64,000 nucleotides of DNA. It comes from Antedon mediterranea. Lineage: Eukaryota > Animalia > Echinodermata. Positions 38,188-52,050 of the stretch are shown here, piece after piece. A program made the translations under genes and the position numbers. The DNA lies in contig NC_092672.1 of the NCBI RefSeq assembly GCF_964355755.1, positions 30,944,437 to 31,008,436 of the forward strand. The letters are read 5' to 3'. Every line of letters starts with the position of its first letter. The stretch's first letter is position 1. The notes beneath the pieces were generated by a model. That model was not told where the DNA came from and made no database searches. It was given only the letters and a program-made list of their open reading frames with translations.

Positions 38188-40765
38188 GGGTCATTCCATC
38201 TCAGTTCACCCAAAAAAAATGGAATTTTAAACCCTACCTCTTCCAATTTTGATGAAATTTGGTATATGGGTGATTCATAGCAATTAAAGCCAAAATTTCA
38301 AATTTTAACTTTATCGGACCAACGGTTTTCGAGATATCGCAATTTCAATTTTCGGTTTTTACGCAAAAAAGCGCGCGGCCGCCACGTTTCAAAGAGCTGT
38401 ATCTCGGGAACTATAGGTTCGATTTTAAAAACAAAGGTATTTTTGTAAAGGGGAGACCATAAGGAACCTAAATATACTAATTGTGTGTGTTTTATGTTAA
38501 TTTTAAGTTGAATAAAACTTTGACATATATTTTGACCTTGAAATTGACCCCGTGGAACACGCCCGATTTGTTGGTGACTATCACAAAAAATGTAGCCCTA
38601 CGTGTCAACTACAACATATAAAAAAATTGGAGGGGTTTTTTTTCTTTGTTTCCATGAAATTACAATTTGAAGTTGACATACCTCTTCCTTTATAGTGTAT
38701 TTTTGGTGTTGTTATACTTATACACAGTGTGAACACTAACTGTTAAGGTGTCTTATTGTTACGCTTTCTCATCAGGCCCACTTAAACAGTAGATATATTT
38801 TGATATGAGAAATACTGGGTAACTCGCATACTTTTCAAATCAATTTTGACACATAGTTTAGTGTCCTTACTATGTTATTATGCACATTAACATATGCATA
38901 ATAAGTGATTGCAGAGAACATACAACAGTTACTGTATATGCCTTTTTAAAGGTTGTCATCCCCTATATAAAAACAAAACTACCAACCATGAAAAAAGTTC
39001 ATTATTTCACAGATGGATGTGGCGGCCAATACAAAAACAAATATAACTTTATTAACCTTTGCCACCACCAGGAAGATTTTGGTTTAGACGCCGAGTGGAA
39101 TTTTTTCGCTACATCACATGGCAAGAGTGCGTGTGATGGCATAGGTGGAACAGTTAAGAGGCTTGTCACTAAGAGAAGCTTACAGCGTTTGACTGAATGT
39201 CATATTATCACATCTCTCAGTATGTTCGACTACTGTGTAATTTTTTATTTTTATTATATGTCTTTAGGCAATGTGGCCAAGGATTATCAATAGTGAATTA
39301 ATCACTGTCCTATCAGATAGGTGGTAATCCCCCTGATACAGGGGCTATTGTGTGAACCAGTTCACCGGGGTAACCCCCTACTCTTTTTCGAATAATGAAC
39401 TGGGTTCTTTAAAGTACACACATGTTATAACTGGACTGGACCTACGGTTTATAGTCCTTATCCGAGAAGACTTGTTCCACCACCAGAACGGAGCGAGTCG
39501 GCCTCGAACCCTTGCCGATGTTGTTGTTGGCTCTTTTAGGTACGGTAAACGGCGCCCCTGCCTTAACCGCTCGGCCATATGACTCGCTCATATGGACATT
39601 CCAGGCATCAACTTTTTTCATGTGGGAATAGATGAGGTATCTACTGTGGAAAAAGAAATAAAGCCGAGATTCAACCTCGCCCAGACCATCAAGGGTACAT
39701 TAGAATATCATCGCTTTGTTCCCGTTTCTCTGGCACAGATGCAGGTCTACAAACTTAGTACCCAGATAAACCCTCCGGATGTGGTAGTGATTCAAGAATC
39801 TTTCAGTGATGAAAATGAAATTGTTGCTGATACACAACCCACCATTATTAGACTTCAGAATTTTGTGTGCTGTAGTTATGATGGTGTCCCATGGATTGGT
39901 TTGGTGGTGGATGTCTCACTCTCAGAAGAGTTTGGGGATTTTCAAATTAAATTTATGCATCCTCATGGGTCAGCGAAAACCTTTTATTGGCCGTCCAAAG
40001 AAGACTGTTGTTGGATTCCTGAATCAAATGTACATTGTATTATAGCCTCTCCGTTTATAAAATCCTCTTCGACTAGGAATTACAGTATTTCCCAAAATGA
40101 TCGCCACAACATTTCTAAATACTGTTTGAATTGTCCAGATGACAAGGAGTAAAGGCCAGACATAGACAATTGTAACATTATAATAATATTTAGTTTGTAA
40201 ATAAAATTAATTTTGGAATACATCAAATTGACATTGAAGTAATGCATGGACAGACACCAAAAATACACTAAAAGGAAGAGGTATGTCAACTTCAAATTGT
40301 AATTTCATGGAAACAAAGAAAAAAAACCCCTCCAATTTTTTTATATGTTGTAGTTGACACGTAGGGCTACATTTTTCATGATAGTCACCAACAAAACGGG
40401 CGTGTTCCACGGGGTCAATTTCAAGGTCAAAATATATGTCAAAGTTTTATTCAACTTAAAATTAACATAAAACACACACAATTAGTATATTTAGATTCCT
40501 TATGGTCTCCCCTTTACAAAAATACCTTTGCTTTTAAAATCGAACCTATAGTTCCCAAGATACAGCTCTTTGAAACGTGGCGGACGCGCCCTTTTTTGCG
40601 TAAAAACCGAAAAGTGAAATTGCGATATCTTAAAAACCGTTGGTCCGATAAAGTTAAAATTTGATATTTTGGCTTTAATTGCTATGAATCACCCATATAC
40701 CAAATTTCATCAAAATTGGAAGAGGTAGGGTTTAACTCATTGGGTGATCTGAGATGGAATGACCC
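38188..40765 (+). mobile_element. Internally deleted Sola2-like DDE DNA transposon with ~510-bp TIRs and a 4-bp TSD (CCCT)
   Basis: CCCT|GGGTCATTCCATCTCAG...CTGAGATGGAATGACCC|CCCT; 38188-38710 mirrors 40255-40765. The transposase C-half at 38880-39240 and 39592-40152 has HYFTDGCGGQYKN and WNFFATSHGKSACDGIGGTVKR. The superfamily is assigned from GRG termini, the 4-bp TSD and these motifs. Confidence 0.85.
39241..39589 (-). mobile_element. Full-length tRNA-derived SINE (Deu/Nin-like core) inserted into the transposase
   Basis: Minus strand: GAGCGAG/CTCGCTC acceptor-like stem, A box TGGCCGAGCGG, B box GGTTCGAGGCC, core AAAGAACCCAG...CGAAAAAGAGTAGGGGGTTACCCCGGTG, and an A-rich tail. It splits the ORF between MFDYCV and MDIPG. 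Confidence 0.85.
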
Positions 40766-42689
40766 CCCTGTGTTACGCCATTGCTTGTTTTACGATCCTC
40801 AAGACCTAGACATATAGTAAGTACACTTTGAAAAGCATTATATCGCATGGAATAGTGTGATCACAAGAAGAATAAGATGATGCATATATAGTTTACATAT
40901 TTGTACAGTGGTGTACTGTAAAGTAATGGAACCAAAACGGCCATAATGTAATCAACATGAATATTAAAAAGAAACTGTTAACTGGAATTAAACAGTTAAA
41001 GACAGTAAGTAATAGGGGTCATAGGTTAAAGGTTACAAATAAAGTTTAAAATAATAGTTAAATGATATCGAGATGATTTGAAACGTTACAAAAAAATAAA
41101 CAACAGAAAAAAGTTTATGTCCAACATTAGAAAATTGTTGGTCCAACGAATGGATCACCTTTGGTGGTCATTTTCTATGGGTCAACAAATGAGACCATGA
41201 TGTAACGAGTGCCTTTAGTTGTCAGAAGTCCTTCATGGTAGTGGGTCAAGCGGCCAGGATGAATGAGAGTCTGTCCAACAGTTGAGTCTGTGATGTTACA
41301 GTTGTATCTCAGGAAACGGCAACCACCTCCCTAGAAAACAGAAACATTTGAAAATGTGTACTTTTGGCACAAAATGTTATAGTGTTACTGGCCTTACTGT
41401 GAAACTTTTTAAATCAAATTTAATGGAACAAAAAAAAAATGGTCCAAGACAAAAGAACATTTTCATACGGGGAAAATATTACCCCTTTGCCACACCATAG
41501 AAAAGGTAGTTGTTTACACCCAGGTGTGTGTGTAATTTTCAGGCTTTTGTTAGGCGATGTGCAAATAAACACAGTATACAAATGTTCTCTGTAATAATCT
41601 TCCAAACAATATAAAAACCAAATTCCTAATGTTTTCTTTACACAATTTTAAAAACCAAATAAATAACAGTACATTTTTTTGTTCTCATTTTTTTTTTTAC
41701 TGCCATATCAAAGGTTTTTTCATAGCCCAAATATAGTAATGCTATGCCCAAATATGGTAGTGATATGACATCATCATGTCCATATATGGGCACATTACAT
41801 TTTGTTTTCACATAAAGTTTAATAGTGTAGACAGAGCTTTAAAACAAGCAATAGTATTTAAAACTATGTATACTACATTATAATACTGTTAAAAGCTCTT
41901 TTATAAGACAGGGGCATAAGAGATTACCCTGGCAATCTATTTAAACCATGCTGATGTTATCTCCTAGAAGGTACAATAACATTTAAAACAAAGTAAAAAG
42001 TGCATGTTCATTAGTTGAGTCACCGGTTATTCCCCTAACTTTACCTTTAAATGTCTCCAAAATTATTACATTTTTTAGGTATCAATTCCATAGGCATTAG
42101 AATATCACAATCCACATGCCTGATTTAGATAAAAAGGTTACTATTTATTTATTGTGGTTTTAAATTTTGTAAAACCTGACGTAAAATAAGTTGAATGCAT
42201 AGTCCAAATAAGGTTAAAGTTGATCCCCCTGACGAAAAATTAAATTCTATCTACTTCATGGTAGCACAAATGGAGTCAAATTCAACTTTTGTGGTCTACT
42301 ACCTATCGCACACATACTGTGCAAATGTGGAGTTTTAGAATAAAATTAACTAGTAAAATTTTACAACCAGTAATGAAAAATAAGATTAGACTTATAGCCT
42401 TTAGCGTATAAAATTTATAAGATTGTTTTAAAAAAGTTTGTGAGACAAGATAATTATGCTCTAAGGCAACTTATTTATCTACATTCAACTTATTTTCCCA
42501 AGTCAACAAACTTTTGACCCTCCCTACGTTTGATTGATAGCTTTTCTATGTAAAATTGTTAGTGGTATTAATTTTAATTAATTTAAATACGCTCATTTGA
42601 AATATTGATGGTGTGGATAGAACAAAGTAACAACTAGTGGGTCAGACTAGTAAAGATATAGTAGGCCTATTAACACTAACCAACAGCAG

Positions 42690-43390
42690 TAAGGGGGAAG
42701 TAAGTCAATCTAGGATAGGCTACTAACATACAGTGATTTGGGTTACCATCATATTTCAGGTTGGGCTACCATCATACAGTAGGTTGGGCTACCAAGATAA
42801 AGTGGGTTGAGCTAATCATACATTTGGTTAGGCTACCAACAAACAGTGATTTGGGCTACCATCATACATTTGGTTGGGCTACCAACATACAGTGGGTTGG
42901 ACTACCATCATACAGTGGGTTGGGCTAGCTTCATACAGTAGGTTGGGCTACCATCATACAGTGGGTTGGGCTACCATCATACTGCATGTTGAGCTACCAT
43001 TATATTGCATGTTGGGCTACCATCATACAGTGGTTTGGGCTACCAAGATAAAGTGGGTTGACCTAATCATACATTTGGTTTAGGCTACCATCATACAGTG
43101 ATTTGGGCTACCATCATACAGTGGGTTGGGCTACCATCATACTGCATGTTGGGCTACCATCATTAAGTGGGTTGAGCTAATCATACATTTAGTTGGGCTA
43201 CCAACAAACAGTGATTTGGGCTACCATCATATAGTGGGTTTGGCTGCCGAGATAAAGTGGGTTGAGCTAATCATACATTTGGTTGGGCTACCATCATACT
43301 GCAGGTTGGGCCACCAAGATAAAGTGGGTTGGGCTAATATCATAAATTGGTTTGGGCTACAAACATACAATGATTCGGGCTACCAACATA
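42690..43390. repeat. ~23-bp degenerate minisatellite (GGGTTGGGCTACCATCATACAGT)
   Basis: More than 25 imperfect tandem units are visible. Confidence 0.9.
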
Positions 43391-45037
43391 ATGAATCAGC
43401 CATATAATATCAACCATATTTAATCTTGTGGTTTACCCAACTGTCAAAATCATATGAAGTGAAAGTGCTACCATATTGTGACAAGCTGAAATTTTAAGAA
43501 ATTATTACATGATTTTTCATTTTCTATACAGTAATAAACCTACTCTATAATCAATGTTACGATTATCATCTAATATCAAGTGGAATTTATAATACCCAAG
43601 TTCTCAATGACTTACTACTAGGTAAAAACTAATAATAAAACTGTGTCTAATAAAAAGTCTGATGTTATTTTAATTAAAATAATAACTAATAATAATAATA
43701 TATATAATAATTAACTTGTCACACTGAATTGTATGGAGATACAAACACTACAAGAATTTGTCACTATTTTATCATCATTCTGACCTGATTAAATTAGGAT
43801 AATTATGATCTGTAGCAAACATTTTTATCATTATTACATTTTTAATCAACAGTCAGACAGGGATCGATATTCTTTAGAGGAATTTATCGACCTATCATAA
43901 TTATCATGTCTCAAATTAACGGACAGAAATGATAATTGTAATATCATTATCTTGTACTGTTTATTAGCGGACATAGTATCTAGGCTAACTTTTAGACTAA
44001 AAGTTGTACAGAGAGGATCTATAGACATTCAGTTGGGGGAATATTCATATACTTAGGCCTAAATATCATGTCTACATAACGGACAAAATGACATGATTGT
44101 ATCTGTCTCTAGCAGACATTAATATCTATATAGGTTTTCAAATCCAAAAATGGCACAGTGGGGGACCCATTAAAGATGTATAGTTTTAATAAAGTTACTT
44201 CCATTCCATAGAAAAAAAAATGAAAAAAAAAATGTTTAATCACTGATAAAATGGAAAAATAAACGGTTCAATTCAACCAAAAAACCCATTGGTTGTTAGC
44301 CAATATGACCATTTTTTGCTTTAAATAACAGTTTTTAAAGGTAAATACAATTTTTTTTCGATCCAATTTTTGGTCAAAGTGGATAACTATTAAGTCACAT
44401 TAAAATGGCATATTCAACAAAAAATGTTAGCAAGAATTATTTTTTCAGATGCAGTAGATGTAATATTCTTATTTAGGCCAAATGAATGCAAATTTATAAA
44501 TAAAAGTAGACCCACAGTAGATGGAATATCTGTACTAGCTCTAATTATTGTAAATCAAGTCTCTATAAAACAGACAAAAATGACAATTATGAATGTATCG
44601 GTCTATAGCACACATAACATCTACGTCCAATTCCTTAGTGCAATTTAAGTCTCTTTTTAAAATTTAGTTATTATGTTTTCCTATATCTTATAGGGCTGTA
44701 AAGCTTTGTCTACACTATCAAACTTTATGTGACAAACAAATATGATTACTTGTATTGTAAGAAAGGAATCTACAGATACTGTAAATAGTGCAATACACAC
44801 TTCAGTTTTAACATAGATATTACATTATTATCATCATTATTTCTCTCATATTTCATAATATCTAGGTTATCAAAGTCTAAAGTAGATTTCTGTACTGAAG
44901 AAAGCAGTTAATAACAATCTGTACAATTAATTTGTCGGACAGAAACGTATCAGAAATGATAATTTAAATCATACTTTCCATACATAATTAAGCATCTTTA
45001 AAATAATTAGATTTTTTTTTTTTTAATATTGCATTAA

Positions 45038-45910
45038 AGTGGAGGTGCTCGCAAAAAATGTCACATTTTTATTTTATTCAGTTCATAATAAACATTACTT
45101 TCATCTAAATTAAGGTACTTTTTTAATATGTTGTATGCTGCGTGGTTATTCTGAAAAACATCAAAAAATGCCATCTGGGGGGATAGTTCAAATTACAAAC
45201 CTTTTCCCTATTCATTTGCCTGTAAATTAAAAAAAAATGTAATATATGTAAGTTCCAGAAATATTATACATATAAGTTTTCAGATTCTTCAGAAGCCGAA
45301 CTTTTCATTCCCGATGTGTTTTTAAGGGCTTGACCAATTCATTTATGCGTAATTAAAAAAACTACCCATTTGAGCTAAGTGGGTAATTTTTACATTCTAG
45401 GGAGTCAATCAATTTGCGCATGCGCGACTTTTGGCTTTCTAGCGAGGCCTAGGCCCCAGCAACAGAGAGATTAACCTCACTTGATTGATATCTCTATGTG
45501 ACTTGTTATGGCACTTATATACCATACAGTGCTTCATTTTGAAGCTAAGTGTAGACACAAAAAGTAATAACAAAAGGCAAGACAATAATAAATTGTCTTC
45601 ATTCGATCGGATGTGGATAATGAGTAGGGAGACGAAAATGATACACTTAGTAAGTAATAGTAAGTAGCGCTTCTTGTCAGCTCGAGCGATCCGCCGACAA
45701 GAGAGGAGGAGACACATAACATAACATGGTAACGTGACCTTTACAACTAAGGTCATTACCTAACTGCTGAAAAAAATATACAGCGATTTTTCGATATTTT
45801 TGCACATTTTTTTATTTTTCTGATTTCTCAGAAACTGCTTATTTTGTACCTACTAATATTAATATACTGAAGTAAATAACAGAAGGAAAAGCTCTGAGTA
45901 CACCTCCACT
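45038..45910. mobile_element. Non-autonomous TTAA-flanked DNA element (Kolobok-like), 873 bp
   Basis: TTAA|AGTGGAGGTG ... CACCTCCACT|TTAA. Confidence 0.7.
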
Positions 45911-46964
45911 TTAACATTGAATATTATAATAATGTAGGGGAAGCCTTTCCAAACAATTTTAAAGTAAGAACTAGATTTGAACTCGTCACTGTGGACGAGT
46001 TAGGTTATCCGCGAAAACGCAACGTCTAATATACACATAGAATACATAGGTCTGACGTGAAAACTAATTTTCGTTATTCGTTACATATTGGTAATTTTGG
46101 CGAGGATTGCATGCCATACTGTAGGTGAACCGAATTTCGAGAAAATTCGACAATGTGTTGTGTTGTGGTATGTCGTTGGTAAACTCCATGTTGGTTTTTA
46201 AGAGTCGCTCTCTGATAATATTGTTACAAATACCATTTTATATCGTCGAACTTCAACGATTAAATAAATAAATAACAAACTCAAGTTTGTTGAGAATTGA
46301 TATACTATAAGAAATAGGTAAGAAATTATGTGGATTGTTTGATTTGTAGTTGTTTTGTAATTGATACTTACTAACGATACCCTAGCCTACTATAGATATA
46401 CGGAAGGATGTCAGACTTTCAGAGATGGCAAACGTCGTGACGTTTTTCAGCCCGATGGCTTTCGTAGCAGCACGACAATCGTGTATGGCCATGTGTATGT
46501 TAAATACGGTCCCGGTAAATATATGTCTGCTACATTCATAGTGTACCTAGGCCTAGCCTGTACAAGAATACTTGCTGTTTTTAGTAGGACTAAACGGCGC
46601 TAGTTCCCTTTTTGCACCTGGCTTATATTATATTAACTCTAGCTTAATTTTTAGTTGTATAAATTCTTAAAGAGAAGAAACAATGACTCGTTCTTCTTAC
46701 AATAGCATGTTGTCTAGGCTTACTCCAGTAGTCCTAGTAGTAGTGACGTAGGTCAGCGCAGTTCTCTTTCGCACCTGTCATTGTTACAAATATTGTGGAT
46801 GTTTTGATCACAATTTGTATTGATATTTATAATAATAATATATTTTTGTCTTGTAGCTGTTGGAAGAGATACACAATTGTTTCTACTTTAGTATCTCCAG
46901 AATATTGTAAGTAGTGTATATTAAATAAATAGTTTGTAGAGAGGATTAATGGTTTCATGATTGG

Positions 46965-49900
46965 GAGTGAACTGTTGCCTGTTATTTTGTAGGCATTTTC
47001 TATTATGAAACATTTACATAATTCAGATTTTATTGTTTGTGAATAAAATAAGTTATTTTGAGGAAATTTCTTAATTTTTCAGGCATTGATTAAGAAGCTT
47101 GTTGATTTGGAAAAAGTGTTAATGTTGTTTATTGCCATTATCAATGTTTTTCCTTGTTTTTTTTTTAGATTGTAGAAAATATACAGTTTCAGCTACAGCT
47201 GTGAGTATCAGTAGATTATCTGTTAAACGGAGAAAACATATTTTCCTTACTTTGTGAACTGTTGCCTGTTATTTTGTAGACATTTTCTATTAGGAAACAT
47301 TTACGTAATTCAGATTTTATTGTTTGTGATCAAACAATTAAATGAAATTACCATTGAGACAACATGTAGGCCGCAATCAGCCGGCCCATACCCAAAGTCA
47401 TTTTGAGGAAATTTCCTAATTTTTCAGACATTGATTAAGAAGCATGTTGATTTGGAAAAAGTGTTAATGTTGTTTATTGCCATTATCAATGTTTTTCCTT
47501 GTTTTTTTTAGATTGTAGAAAATTAACAGTTTCAGCTACAGCTGTGAGTATTAGTAGATTATCTGTTAAACGGAGAAAACATATTTTCTTTACTTTGTGA
47601 ACTGTTGCCTGTTATTTTGTAGGCATTTTATATTATGAAACATTTACATGATTCAGATTTTATGGTTTGTGAATAAGATATTAAATGAAAGTAGTATTGA
47701 GACAACATGTAGACCCCAATCAGCCGGCCCATACCCAAAGTTATTTTGAGGAAATTTTTAAATTTTTCAGACATTGATTAAGAAGCATGTTGATTTAGCA
47801 AAAGGGTTAATGTTGTTTATTGCCATTATCAATGTTTTTCCTTGTTGTTTTTAGATTGTAGAAAATATACAGTGTTAGCTACAGCTGTGAGTATTAGTAG
47901 ATTATCTGTTAAACGGAGAAAACATATTTTCTTTACTTTGTGAACAGTTGCCTGTTATTTTGTAGACATTTTCTATTATGAAACATTTACATCATTCAGA
48001 TTTTATGGTTTGTGAATAAAATATTAAATGAAATTAGCATTGAGACAACATGTAGGCCCCAATTAGCCGACCCATACCCAAAGTCATTTTGAGGAAATTT
48101 CTTAATTTTTCAGACATTGATTAAGTGGCTTGTTGATTTGGAAAAAGTGTTAATGTTGTTTATTGCCAATTATTAATGTTTTTCCTTGTTTTTTTTTTAG
48201 ATTGTAGAAAATATACAGTGTCAGCTACAGCTGTGAGTATTAGTAGATTATCTGTTAAACAGAGAAAACATATTTTCCTTACTTTGTGAACTTTTGCCTG
48301 TTATTTTGTAGGCATTTTCTATTATGAAACATTTACATCATTCAGATTTTATGATTTGTGAATAAAATATTAAATGAAATTAGCATTGAGACAACATTTA
48401 GGCCGCAATTAGCCGACCCATGCCCAAAGTCATTTTGAGGAAAATTCTTAATTTTTCAGACATTGATTAAGAAGCTTGTTGATTTGGAAAAAGTGTAAAT
48501 GTTGTTTATTACCATTATCAATGTTTTTCCTTGTTTTTTTTAGATTGTAGAAAATATACAGTTTTAGCTACAGCTGTGAGTATTAGTAGATTATTTGTTA
48601 AACGGAGAAAACATATTTTCCTTACTTTGTGAACTGTTGCCTGCCCTAATCAGTCGTCTCATACCCAAAGTCATTTTGAGGAAATTTCTTAATTTTTCAG
48701 ACATTGATTAAGAAGCTTGTTGATTTGGAAAAAGTGTTAATGTTGTTTATTGCCATTATCAATGTTTTTCCTTGTTTTTTTTTAGATTGTAGAAAATATA
48801 CAGTTTCAGCTACAGCTGTGAGTATCAGTAGATTATCTGTTAAACGGAGAAAACATATTTTCCTTACTTTGTGAACTGTTGCCTGTTATTTTGTAGACAT
48901 TTTCTATTATGAAACATTTACGTAATTCAGATTTTATAGTTTGTGATCAAACAATTAAATGAAATTACCATTGAGACAACATGTAGGCCGCAATCAGCCG
49001 GCCCATACCCAAAGTCATTTTGAGGAAATTTCCTAATTTTTCAGACATTGATTAAGAAGCATGTTGATTTGGAAAAAGTGTTAATGTTGTTTAGTGCCAT
49101 TATCAATGTTTTTCTTTGTTTTTTTTAGATTGTAGAAAATTAACAGTTTCAGCTACAGCTGTGAGTATCAGTAGATTATCTGTTAAACGGAGAAAACATA
49201 TTTTCCTTACTTTGTGAACTGTTGCCTGTTATTTTGTAGGCATTTTATATTATGAAACATTTACATAATTCAGATTTTATGGTTTGTGAATAAGATATTA
49301 AATGAAAGTAGTATTGAGACAACATGTAGACCCCAATCAGCCGGCCCATACCCAAAGTTATTTTGAGGAAATTTTTAAATTTTTCAGACATTAATTAAGA
49401 AGCATGTTGATTTAGCAAAAGGGTTAATGTTGTTTATTGCCATTATCAATGTTTTTCCTTGTTGTTTTTAGATTGTAGAAAATATACAGTGTTAGCTACA
49501 GCTGTGAGTAGATTATTTGTTAAATGGAGAAAACATATTTTCCTTACTTTGTGAACAGTTGCCTGTTATTTTGTAGACATTTTGTATTATGAAACATTTA
49601 CATCATTCAGATTTTATGGTTTGTGAATAAAATATTAAATGAAATTAGCATTGAGACAACATGTAGGCCCCAATTAGCCGACCCATACCCAAAGTCATTT
49701 TGAGGAAATTTCTTAATTTTTCAGACATTGATTAAGAAGCTTGTTGATTTGGAAAAAGTGTTAATGTTGTTTATTGCCAATTATTATTGTTTTTCCTTGT
49801 TTTTTTATTAGATTGTAGAAAATATACAGTGTCAGCTACAGCTGTGAGTATTAGTAGATTATCTGTTAAACAGAGGAAACATATTTTCCTTACTTTGTGA

Positions 49901-52050
49901 ACTGTTGCCTGTTATTTTGTAGGCATTTTCTATTATGAAACATTTACATCATTCAGATTTTATGATTTGTGAATAAAATATTAAATGAAATTAGCATTGA
50001 GACAACATTTAGGCCGCAATTAGCCGACCCATGCCCAAAGTCATTTTGAGGAAATTTCTTAATTTTTCAGACATTGATTAAGAAGCTTGTTGATTTGGAA
50101 AAAGTGTTAATGTTGTTTATTACCATTATCAATGTTTTTCCTTGTTTTTTTTAGATTGTAGAAAATATACAGTTTTAGCTACAGCTGTGAGTATCAGTAG
50201 ATTATTTGTTAAACGGAGAAAACATATTTTCCTTACTTTGTGAACTGTTGCCTGCCCTAATCAGTCGTTTCATACCCAAAGTCATTTTGAGGAAATTTCT
50301 TAATTTTTCAGACATTGATTAAGAAGCTTGTTGATTTGGAAAAAGTGTTAATGTTGTTTATTGCCATTATCAATGTTTTTCCTTGTTTTTTTTTAGATTG
50401 TAGAAAATATACAGTTTCAGCTACAGCTGTGAGTATTAGTAGATTATCTGTTAAACAGAGAAAACATATTTTCTTTACTTTGTGAACCGTTGCCTGTTAT
50501 TTTGTAGGCATTTTCTATTATGTAATATTCACATCATTCAGATTTTATGGTTTGTGAATAAAATATTAAATGAAATTAGCATTGAGACAACATGTAGGCC
50601 CTAACCAGCTGTCTCATACCCAAAGTCATTTTGAGGAATTTCTTAATTTTTCAGACATTGATTAAGAAGCTTGTTGATTTGGAAAAAGTGTTAATGTTGT
50701 TTATTGCCAATTATTAATGTTTTCCCTTGTTTTTTTGTTTTAGATTGTAGAACATATACAGTGTTAGCTACAGCTGTGAGTATTAGTAGATTATCTGTTA
50801 AACGGAGAAAACATATTTTCCTTATTTTGTGAACTGTTGCCTGTTATTTTGTAGACATTTTCTATTATGAAACATTTACGTAATTCAGATTTTATTGTTT
50901 GTGATCAAATAATTAAATGAAATTACCATTGAGACAACATGTAGGCCGCAATCAGCCGGCCCATAACCAAAGTCATTTTGAGGAAATTTCCTAATTTTTC
51001 AGACAGTGATTAAGAAGCATGTTGATTTGGAAAAAGTGTTAATGTTGTTTATTGCCATTATCAATGTTTTTCCTTGTTTTTTTTAGATTGTAGAAAATTA
51101 ACAGTTTCAGCTACAGCTGTGAGTATTAGTAGATTATTTGTTAAACGGAGAAAACATATTTTCCTTACTTTGTGAACTGTTGCCTGTTATTTTGTAGGCA
51201 TTTTATATTATGAAACATTTACATAATTCAGATTTTATGGTTTGTGAATAAGATATTAAATGAAAGTAGTATTGAGACAACATGTAGACCCCAATCAGCC
51301 GGCCCATATCCAAGGTTTTTTTGAGGAAATTTTTTAATTTTCAGTCATTGATTAAGAAGCACGTTGATTTAGCGAAAGGGTTAATGTTGTTTCTTGCCAT
51401 TATCAATGTTTTTCCTTGTTGTTTTTAGATTGTAGAAAATATACAGTGTTAGCTACAGCTGTGAGTATTAGTAGATTATCTGTTAAACGGAGAAAACATA
51501 TTTTCCTTACTTTGTGAACAGTTGCCTGTTATTTTGTAGGAATTTTCTATTATGAAACATTTACGGCATTCAGATTTTATGGTTTGTGAATAAAATATTA
51601 AATGAAATTAGCATAGAGACAACATGTAGGCCCTAACCAGCTGTCTCATACCCAAAGTTATTTTGAGGAATTTCTTAATTTTTCAGACATTGATTAAGAA
51701 GCATGTTGATTTGGAAAAAGTGTTAATGTTGTTTATTGCCAATTATTAATATTTTTCCTTGTTTTTTTGTTTTAGATTGTAGAACATATACAGTGTCAGC
51801 TACAGCTGTGAGTATTAGTAGATTATCTGTTAAACGGATAAAACATATTTTCTTTAGTTTGTGAACCGTTGGCATTGATTAAGAAGCATGTTGATTTTAA
51901 AAAAGTGTTAATGTTGTTTATTTGCCATTATTAATGATTTTCCTTTTATTTTTTAGATTGTAGTTGTACAGAAAATATACAGTGTCAGTTACAGCTGTGA
52001 GTATTAAAAAATTATCTGTAAAACGGAAAAAACATATTTTCCTTACTTTA
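46965..52050 (+). repeat. ~343-bp tandem array, 16 units, with a 5-unit higher-order period (~1.61 kb)
   Basis: The anchor AG|ATTGTAG starts at 47169, 47512, 47855, 48201, 48544, 48786, 49129, 49472, 49812, 50155, 50397, 50744, 51087, 51429, 51776 and 51957. Confidence 0.97.

Noticed and set aside
39480-39589. tRNA gene on the minus strand
   Set aside because: A and B boxes are present, but the anticodon region is expanded and the sequence continues into a SINE core and tail.
46965-52050. CRISPR-like array
   Set aside because: The units are wholly repeated with no unique spacers, there are no cas genes, and the context is eukaryotic.
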